Assembly (NCBI GenBank): GCA_001949185.1
Contig: BDGG01000012.1
Span: 612,973-676,972 of the forward strand
Length of the DNA stretch: 64,000 nucleotides
Direction of reading: 5' to 3'
From: Ramazzottius varieornatus
Taxonomy: Eukaryota; Animalia; Tardigrada
Part shown: positions 51,832 through 64,000 of the stretch, in pieces
How the letters are laid out: each line of letters opens with the position of its first letter
Numbering within the stretch: the first letter of the stretch is position 1
Made by a program: the position numbers and the translations under genes
The notes under the pieces: generated by a model
Told to the model about the DNA's origin: nothing
The model's database searches: none
Seen by the model: only the letters and a program-made list of their open reading frames with translations

Positions 51832-52865
51832 TTACGAACCTTTCCAGAAATTAGGATCAGCTTCAAGCTTCCGCTTAAAGCTATCTACCCACATTGTTAC
51901 AGCCTTTGTTGGTACGTATGACTCGTCAGGGTTAGCAGGATTCTGAATAGCAAAGGAAAGAGCATAGTTTGCGAAGCTGTCCAGCATCTTCTGGCAGAAC
52001 TGTTCCATGCTTGTCTTCTGGACGGTTTCTGTGGACGCGGAAGCTGTTACGGAAGATAGGTTGACGAGTGGCTCTAGCGATATTCCTACTCCAGCTTGGT
52101 GTGGCCGCGATGGTCCGAAAGCGACGAGCGCGGAGCTCTGTGGCATTCCATCTACATTACACAGAATTAAAGCATGGAGTTACGTACGAGTACACTGTAT
52201 TAACGCATGCATTATGGAAGATAAAGCTTGCACTTAAGAACCTTTTTCCATGGCTGACTTCCTCGGTTTTATGATCTTATAGATGGCACTTGGCTTTTGG
52301 TTTGAGAGAAAGCCTAGGTAAGTCCAGTCAGGTGCAGCGTCGCCAGTGTCAGGCCAGGAAAAATGAACTGTAAATTGTGAAAGACAAGGCACAGATCGAA
52401 AAGTCAGAAGACAATTTGCCTGGTTGAATTCAGCAAACCGGCGACTGCGCTCTCAGTGGTTCCTGTTCTCACTATGTTCGGAACTTTTCAAAAGGAAGGG
52501 TCGTTCGTACAGACCTCCAGCTCCGATCCCTTCAGGAAGAGGCAGCGTGAGGAATACAACAATGTGATTGATGGCGTCTGCGTCCGTTATGGCAGCCATA
52601 AATCGCGACTGGTCACCAGGAACAGGCTTGAACGACTGTACCTGAAATAGACCAGATGTGCCCACAGTTTAGCTACAGATGTCAGTTTGAAGGAGTTGCT
52701 TCTGTAAAATGCGCGAAGAAGCGTTGACTTTTCCAGTGACTTTCGACGATTCCATCAGAAAGAAAGTTTCTCTCTTTCTGTCTCTTTGAATTCCATCAAA
52801 GTTGTCGTCGGTTAATAACAGGACTATCTTATTACCGGCCTTCCCGAAACCAGCAGCCCGATCAT
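51832..52865 (-). CDS. HIKESHI: Hikeshi (OPI10/C11orf73) HSP70 nuclear import carrier, multi-exon
   Basis: MIGLLVSGRP|VQ...AINHIVVFLT..LPEGIGAG|VHFSWP..WTYLGFLSNQKPSAIYKI, GISLEPL, FKRKLEADPNFWK. Confidence 0.93.
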
Positions 52866-53588
52866 CTTCCCGTTGTTGCTCCGTTATATTTCTCCTGAGT
52901 GAGTCTTTCTCTTTGAATCTGCAACTGCAGGAAAGAGGTCTGCTCACGGTACACAAGTTACACAACCCAGCTGGCAGAATGAAAGACAGAATTTTAGTTC
53001 ACCGAAGGCGAAGGTCGAAGCCTCGAAGGATAGAAAAACAAGTTATTGCGAATTACGATTCGCTATAAGCCAATAACGAAACTGCGATAAGGGGGCTTGA
53101 GACTAGCTACAATTGATTAATTGATCAAACCAACACACCAGCGCAGCGCTTTTCCATGCATCTTTTCGTCAGCGCGGGATTTGGATCCTTTTGTTCCTTG
53201 GTTGAAGGCTTCCAGACCGAACGTCGTCTTCATCTGCTCCATCCCAGCTTTCGTGGACCATAGGTCTGCAAGACTGCTGTTTGTGTGGGTCGACTGTGCT
53301 TCGGCGTCTTGATCTGCAGTAGCGCATTGCGACTCCGCAGGCCATTGCCTAGTCCAGTCGGCATCCACATTCCGCCATCGGCGGAAGGAAAGGGATTGCA
53401 CCACCTGCAGTCCTGGACCGTTATGCATGGCAACAAGTTCAACAGGCAACAAAACGGAAGTGCACTTCTCCTTCCCATCACGATCTCTGAGCTGTACGTT
53501 GTGTATCTGTTCGTTCTCGACAAAGACCAACTCTTACCGCTCTTGTTATTAATATTTGTAGGAAAATTATTGCTGAAGTTCGCCAGAA

Positions 53589-55133
53589 ATGCCACACGTC
53601 AATTTCTCCGCGATACACGGCTTTTGGAACTTTGTTAACGGTGGCAATCGCCTCCACTCTAAACCACCAGCATTCGACGAAATCAAAAGCCCCTTGTTCC
53701 ATCTAACGACTCTGAATCACGCCGAATCTACCATACTCGATAACGGAGACCGTTCGTCCACAAGTCGCTTCCAGCTTGGTAGTCCGAAGCCCAGCAAAAT
53801 AGACCTTTTCCTCCATCGTCTTCTACTGGGCACTTTTTACATCATCCTTATATTCTTCTGCAGCTATGGCGTTCTCTCCTTTGGCATGGATTTAATGGTG
53901 TAGACAATTGAGACATCGGCAAATGATCTCACCCAGATCGTTGTCAAGTGGCGCACGTTTTCGTAGTTTAATATTGGCCGAAAACCTGCGCCATTTTAAT
54001 AAACTATCCGGGTGAATCATTTGCCGACGCCCTAATTTATTTGCCGAATTTTCTTCTATAGTGTTTTCTCAACTTTTTCCCGGTTCTGTCTGTTTAGGGA
54101 AATGAGCGCATCGGACACTGCGGGAAGATCTCCAGTTACGAAACTGCCGATGGGCACGTCGCTATGGACATTGTAGCCATCCTGAACATGAAGAGTCCGC
54201 GCATGTGGGCCGAGCTGGAACGGATGGACGACCAATATGTGCTGGTCGATGCCTGGGGAGACATGCCGGTGGAGAACTCGTCGACAGTGAAACTGAATTT
54301 TCGCTTCATTGAAATGAACGATACGAATGTCATCCAAGAAAGAGCGACAAACCATTCGAGAAACCGAACAAGGCATACTCGCAGTCTGGAGGCTATTGCC
54401 TCGTCCCGGGATAGTTTCCCGGTGAGACTATATGTCGATGATGGAAAAAAGGACGATAACAGTGACGAAGATGATTTTGGTAAGAGAATGGGGGCCTAAG
54501 GATATAATCGGCGAAGGTCGTTCTTCCCAGTGACGTACGCTTCCAGCCTATTATACCGAAGACGTGCAGCTTGGGAAACCATCTTCAAGTCTGTATGCCG
54601 AACTACCAGTATTATCTTCACACAACCTTTTTCAGTAACTGGCATTCTGTTTTCTTGTGTCTAGATTTCGTTTCGTCGTTGGAAGAGAATAGCACGAAGA
54701 GTTTGCTCAACCCGGGTGATCAGATTTACGCAGAAAAGTGTAAGCAGTGGGTCAACCAGAAACAGCAGGAAAAGCTCTTTAGGTCGGCTCGTAAGGAGCT
54801 AGCTAATGTCCGAGACAGAATAGAAGATGCCATGAAGAGCGGTAAGACCCAGATGGACGTGAAGAAATCTAGGAAAGACAGTGACCAGGTCGATGACGAC
54901 CGTCTGCTTGTGCAGCGAACCCTGTACGAGATTCTGACTCGCTTCACTGATGCCGACAAAGGTACAAAGTCCAATTCGATTATAATGGCCATACTAATTA
55001 TGGGATTCCGCTCACTCGTTCTGATCATTCGGTGATTATACTGACCAGTTTGTAATCTATAGTGAGAGGGAACCAGGAAATCATTATGGACGCACCGGTT
55101 GAAGAGGTTCCTGTTTGGGCCAAAGACTGGTAA
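53589..55133 (+). CDS. Orphan single-pass (type II-like) membrane protein, 4 exons
   Basis: Exons about 53589-53897, 54098-54479, 54665-54961 and 55063-55133 join in frame at GT-AG sites; one hydrophobic helix LLLGTFYIILIFFCSYGVLSFGM; several NxS/T sites downstream. Confidence 0.7.
53910..54033. repeat. Palindromic AAGTGGCGCAC-family element (orphan gene intron 1)
   Basis: Arms GACATCGGCAAATGATCTCACCCAGAT / ATCCGGGTGAATCATTTGCCGACGCC; core 53946-53996 with a 29-nt spacer. Confidence 0.88.
54510..54602. repeat. Degenerate AAGTGGCGCAC-family element (orphan gene intron 2)
   Basis: GGTCGTTCTTCCCAGTGACGTACGCTTCCAGCC...ACGTGCAGCTTGGGAAAC. Confidence 0.55.
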
Positions 55134-55425
55134 ATGGACCTTCGTGGCTTCATAAAATTCTTCCGCCTGGTCGCGTCCTCTGGTTTGTCTAGAAGTTTGT
55201 CCGTTGAGAAGCCAGCAGAAAGTTCGGTGCCAATTTTCCCCTGTGGCATCATACTGCACTCAACCGTAATCTTATCTCAACCAGGTAATTTTAGTGTTTT
55301 TCTTTTCCGGCATCCGGGCAGAAGTTTTCGTTCAGTCTTTCAGGTTCTTCCAATTTGTAAATACTCTGCATCGACCTTTCTTGGTTATTCATTGAGTCGC
55401 ACTAGTATCGTAATCAACAGTCACA

Positions 55426-58400
55426 ATGATCGTAAATAACGACAGTGGGTTCTCCATTGTTGACTACGTGGTCTTTGGGTCCTCGCTTGTGGCATCCTTT
55501 GTCATCGGCGTATACACTGCCTTCGCCGGGAATAAGCAGAAGACTACCGAGGACTTTTACTTCGGCAACCGTGACATGAACATTGTGGCCGTAGCCATGT
55601 CGCTCGCTTCCACCTTCCTCTCCGGAGTCGGCTTGTTAGGTGAGATTAGCTCTTTCTTCTCATGCTACACACAGGACCTGTGTTTGATTGTGTAATCGTT
55701 ACCTTGCAGGTGTTCCCGCCGAGGTTTATCGCAACGGAGTAAGCTACGTCATCTTGCTTCTGGCGGAAACCGTAACCGCCCTCTTGGCCATCTTCCTCTT
55801 CATTCCATTCTTCTACAACTTGAGGATGACTAGCGTGTACGAGGTACCTTCGCCCGCCCTAGAACTATATTTCTTTCAGTCTTGCACTTGCTTCAACCAT
55901 GCTTCCCCTCTTTCGATACAGTATTTCGAGCATCGCTTCAGTGTCTCCATTCGGAGATTTGCTTGCCTGCTCTTCGTAACCAACATGGTGGGTTGATGAA
56001 CTGGTTATACGTATTAAGTACAAAAATTGTTCTTTAATATCTAATATGAAACATAAGGATGTGTTGCTGCAGTTGCTCTACATGTCCCTGGTTCTGTACG
56101 CACCAGCGTAAGATATCTTCCCTTTCTTTCCATACGTACTTCACTGTCGCGCCTAACTTGCCATCGTCTTGTCAATTTTGACAGGTTGGCTCTGAGTCAA
56201 GGTAAGCGCCTACTTTTCCGTAGCCTTATGACAAGATCTAATAAGCAAACTTGTCCACTCAGTTACTGGGATGCCGATCTGGTCTTCCATACTGGTCGGC
56301 GGACTGGTCTGCACTATCTACACTTCACTGGGCGGCATGGAAGCCGTCATCTGGACTGGTGAGTTCCCGGTAATGTTGCCTTGTAAGAACGCAAGCTCTG
56401 CTGAATCCTTTCCGTGTCTAACGCTCTTTTTGCCACAGATGCTTTCCAAATGACAGTCATGCTGATCGGTGTCATTACCGTCTTGGTTAACGGCATCATT
56501 TCGGCCGGAGGAATCGACCAAGTTATTGCTGCCAACACGGACACTGGACGTCTTCGCATCACGTAAGTGCCGAAGTTAGATCCTTGCTCAATTACAAACA
56601 CGGTAATCCAATCTCCCTTCTCCCGACAGCTTTGATCCTGATCCCACAATACGTCATTCCTTCTGGTCACTGCTGATCGGTGGAATATTTATCGTCATGC
56701 CATTCAGCTTGAACCAAGCCACTGTCCAGCGATACCTGTCGGTAAAGAATAAACGACAAGCTCAAAAGTAAGCCGCACAACGGTGAGCAGTTTTACGAAC
56801 CCTCAATATACGAACCCTATGATACAGATAATAAGATACTGTAGGGCTCGCCGTTCAACGCGCACTAAACCACGTGAACAGTAAACAAGGCCCGGCTGCC
56901 GGGTAAGAGTCAGAGAGGCTAGACTGATGGCATCGATCATGCTGGGCAGCGTCCGCAGCGATGACTTACCACGTGGTTGAGTGCACGTTAAACTGTTTGT
57001 ACTATAGTAGTTCTCTGTTTATAGGATGTTCGCCATCCAGTTTCCTACAATTATCATCTGGTGGATGATGCTAGTGAGCATCGGGCTAGCCGCCTTCGCA
57101 TACTACCAAGGCTGTGACCCTCTCATGACGGGAAGGATCGAACGAACAGACCAGGTTGTACAGCTCTTCGTCCTGGATACGCTGGGGTACTTGAAGGGCT
57201 TACCTGGCCTGTTCACGGCGGTAGTCTACAGCGGGACCTTGAGGTACTGTATGGCACATGAAGACCTTCCTCCCTTATCGTCAACTATCCCTTTTTTGGC
57301 TGTTCGTTTTACAGTTCCGTTTCGTCTGGAGTGAACAGTATCGTCGTGGTCTTGACAGAAGACTTCATAAGACCTCTCCGCGACCTCAAAATCCAAACCC
57401 TGGAAGACGAGCAAAAGGTCATGCGGTTAACTAAAGGCCTGTGTAAGTTGTCGACATGATTATCCGCGATTTGGGCAGTCCGCCGTACGCAAACTACCAA
57501 GCTTGGGTTGTCTGTTTGCAGCTTTCATCGTCGGTTTCACGGCTATTGGACTGGCGTTCGTAGCTTCCGCTTTGGGTCGCGGACTGATACAGTTTTGCTG
57601 GAGCATCGACGGGATGTGCGGTGGACCCCTGCTGGGACTTTTCTTCAGCGGAATGATCCTGACTTATGTCAACTCGAAGGTCCGAACTCCCGCCCATATT
57701 CGTCGCTGGTTGGGAGCTCAGCAAAGAAAGTCGATAAGGCCGTTTTTTCAAGTGGCGCACGATTTCAACCAGTAACTGTAATTGCGTCACTTGGCAAAAC
57801 GACCATGTTGAGCTTGTTTGCCGAGCTCACATTTGTCTCAATAGTGCCTCACATTTGTCTCAATAGTACCTCACATTTGTCTCAGTAGAAAGTGCCTCAC
57901 ATTTGTCTGAGTAAAAATGAAAACATTTTTATTTTCACCCATGTTTCATGCTTTTTCTATGCGAGATTGTTGCAGGGTATCGCCGTGGGCGTGGTGGCTG
58001 GCTTAGCGACGACCTTCTGGATCGGCATTGGCGCAATATTCTACGCAGCACCACAGACTCCTTTACCCTTATCAGCGAACCTTTGCATGAATGGGTCGAA
58101 CTTCCTGCAGGAGAATTTCGCGACCTCGGTGCTATGGATGAATGAGACCTTCAGAAATGCCACCATCACTTTCGATCAAGACATCGAGTCGTTGGGCTAC
58201 GAGTATAGCTACGACAAGCAAGAGATCGTGCCCATCAGGTTTGTGCCTGCTGAATGGCCGTCAGTTGACCTCGTTGATTTTTTGTTTCTTCCTTTCGCAG
58301 TATTCTAGTAGGCATCAATCGCATCTACGGAGTGTCTTACCAGTATTATGGACTCATCGGGTTCCTGGTGACAATCACCGTGGCCTCCATCGTCAGTATC

Positions 58401-58751
58401 GCTACCGGTAAGAAGCCAAGCTATTCACACGTGGTTTGGGACGTGGGCAGGTGAACTGAACCAGCCAGTCTTTTCAAGTGGCGCACACTTTTTGCCAGTC
58501 TCATTGAAAACGTGCGCCACTTGTAGGAGCAATCTGGTCGAGTTCATTTACACGCGTCCCGTTTTCGTATCTTTCCTGTTCGCTTCTGTGCGTAACTTTG
58601 TTCTGTTACAGGACGCCAAGACACGTCAAAAATTCCAGATCGATTCTTCTTATTTAGATCTTTTTCCAAGAACTCAAAAGCAGAAACGAAAATCAGAAGT
58701 ATTTCGAAAAACTCAGAGTACCACAGTGTATCCACCGTGGAAGCTCCTTGA
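55426..58751 (+). CDS. SLC5 sodium:solute symporter (SMVT/SMCT-like), multi-exon
   Basis: DYVVFG..IGVY, VAMSLASTFLSG, GVPAEVY, SVYE|YFEHRFS, VLYAPA|LALSQ, YTSLGGMEAVIWTD, NQATVQRYLS, GCDPL, GLPGLF..YSGTLS, GGPLLGLF; spliced last exon stops at 58751. Confidence 0.94.
57712..57828. repeat. Palindromic AAGTGGCGCAC-family element (SLC5 intron)
   Basis: AAGTGGCGCAC 57750-57760, 21-nt spacer, TTGCGTCACTT 57782-57792; outer arms GAGCTCAGCAAA / TTTGCCGAGCTC. Confidence 0.85.
57826..57908. repeat. 22-bp minisatellite CTCACATTTGTCTCAATAGTGC x about 4
   Basis: Direct reading; begins at the right arm of the palindromic element. Confidence 0.9.
58438..58560. repeat. Palindromic AAGTGGCGCAC-family element (SLC5 last intron)
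   Basis: AAGTGGCGCAC 58476-58486, 25-nt spacer, GTGCGCCACTT 58512-58522; outer arms GGGACG..TGAACT / AGTTCA..CGTCCC. Confidence 0.88.
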
Positions 58752-59267
58752 GTTGTCAGTTTCGGAGTCTTGTCGGACAGACTGAGCACTCCAGTATAAA
58801 GGTTCCCTCTTTATAACTTTCACACGATCGAGCAAGCAAAAATTGAGGTACCATGCACACAGAAACACTGTCGGTAACACCAGAGCGCTTGCCGGTCGGA
58901 GTGTGGCCAACGCGATACATCCAACACGACACTTCCCTGTAGTCACTGACTATTCTGTTTGTGACATGCGCGCGTGTATCTCTCCGAGCTGTATTTTCCA
59001 CTCAAGCTCCCTGTATCGATTTTCCATTACCCCGACCGCGAACCAAGTACTCTTAAAACCCTTTGTTTATTGATCCTCCGAACAGCTAGGTTTCTGTCCA
59101 GAGACCGCTGATCTATCCCCTTTCAACAGTTATCGCTGCTCACCAGCAAGATGTGATTACGAGCCACTGCAGCCAGACCTACAGTACGTTCCTGTTTTTC
59201 TCGTCTCAGAATACCTTCCTCTTGAAAGTTTTTGCGGAGTTTCTTCTTTACTTTTTCTTGTGTGATC

Positions 59268-59462
59268 ATGTATTCTTCAGAGACGTATTCGACTGCGACG
59301 GAGATCCAGCTTATTGGTGTCTGCATAGCCGCTCTGATGATGGCTTGCTTTGTAGGCTTCTGGACGTCGAGACAAGTAGTCCGTACCTACATCAAATACC
59401 CCATCATTCCTCCCGAGATCGTGGACAAGGACGTCTGGAAGATGCTGGATGACTTGAACTGA
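59268..59462 (+). CDS. Putative small single-pass membrane protein (at least 64 aa) immediately upstream of Sec23; start uncertain
   Basis: MYSSETYSTATEIQLIGVCIAALMMACFVGFWTSRQVVRTYIKYPIIPPEIVDKDVWKMLDDLN with double TGA stop; coding-like codon usage. Confidence 0.45.
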   Translation: MYSSETYSTATEIQLIGVCIAALMMACFVGFWTSRQVVRTYIKYPIIPPEIVDKDVWKMLDDLN

Positions 59463-59533
59463 TGAGGTGATCAACATTCCTCCTCCTTCTGTTTTCCGTC
59501 CCTCCATCAGTCTAGAAGAGTGGCCGTACCAAG

Positions 59534-63326
<3,793 letters not shown>

Positions 63327-63612
63327 AAATATCGTTCGGTCTTTGATCTCTTTCATTCGAAATCACTGTACAATATAGTTAAAATTCTAAAAATAAAACA
63401 CAGAACAGAAAGAGTAACACTGCGAAATGAGAGAAATAATCGAGATAAGTCAGAATACTGTCAAACATCGAAAACTTAACGAGAAGTTCAACACATCACT
63501 CAAACAAAAACAAGAGAAAATATCACAGGTATTTTGGAGTAAGAAAGAGAGACTAGCCACTCTGTGGCATAAAAGATCAAAAGCGCTCACTTTGACTAGA
63601 ACGAAACTGTCT

Positions 63613-64000
63613 TTAGTTGTGCTCGGAACGTTTGCCTTTCATGTAGTCGCTCCATCGTTCGGCGAACTCGGCAAACATGGGATCAGGATGAATGGAGTTC
63701 ATGACTAGTAGCTGCGTGACGTGAGTTGCGTGATAGTCCCACCGCGCTAGGTTCGGCGCACCTTTTAATGTGAAGTGCCGGAGGTCGTAACTTGAACCGG
63801 AGCCGGTGTCAAACAGAGGAAGCAGTGCTTTTAGGGAGACGACACCTTCGTCAAAAAGCTGCCTTGCTCGTTTCCGGTAGCCTCCAGTGGAAACATGGCT
63901 GACGTCGTACAAGCCAAGCAGGGCGTAGATGAAGCCATTCAGCACGAAAGACGACGGTGTAGTCGGGTACTCTTCGTACCACTCGTACTTATCCATAAAA
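63613..64000 (-). CDS. GLCE: D-glucuronyl C5-epimerase, 3' end (truncated by window edge)
   Basis: [64 protein letters not shown]. Confidence 0.96.
   Translation of the reverse strand, partial: FMDKYEWYEEYPTTPSSFVLNGFIYALLGLYDVSHVSTGGYRKRARQLFDEGVVSLKALLPLFDTGSGSSYDLRHFTLKGAPNLARWDYHATHVTQLLVMNSIHPDPMFAEFAERWSDYMKGKRSEHN

Noticed and set aside
53117-53595. Overlapping ORFs between Hikeshi and the orphan membrane gene
   Set aside because: No consistent start or splice model; more likely promoter or 5'UTR.

Overview
Gene-dense eukaryotic (invertebrate animal) genomic DNA with many short GT-AG introns (mostly 45-200 nt) and short intergenic gaps. The style resembles a compact genome such as a tardigrade's, but that is inference, not proof. 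In order, the window holds three clustered OATP/SLCO transporter paralogs, WDR4/Trm82, GTF2H5/Tfb5, a divergent THOC7-like gene, a small coiled-coil orphan, GTP cyclohydrolase I, a Mox/Meox homeobox gene, MRPL37, a second coiled-coil orphan, GDPD1-like, MRPL49, a gene-poor ~7 kb stretch with MITEs, ILVBL, AP3M1, an XK-related scramblase, RPS6 with a ~130-aa basic C-terminal extension, Hikeshi, an orphan type II membrane protein, an SLC5 sodium/solute symporter, a small membrane ORF, a divergent Sec23 and the 3' end of GLCE. Non-coding structure includes four hAT-type MITEs with 8-bp target duplications (one nested in another) and TA-flanked Tc1/mariner-type MITEs. Most striking are at least 13 dispersed, mostly intronic palindromic elements whose core is an inverted AAGTGGCGCAC pair held at a near-constant 24-25 nt spacing while spacer and flanks diverge. 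Gene spans include introns, and exon boundaries were read by eye.
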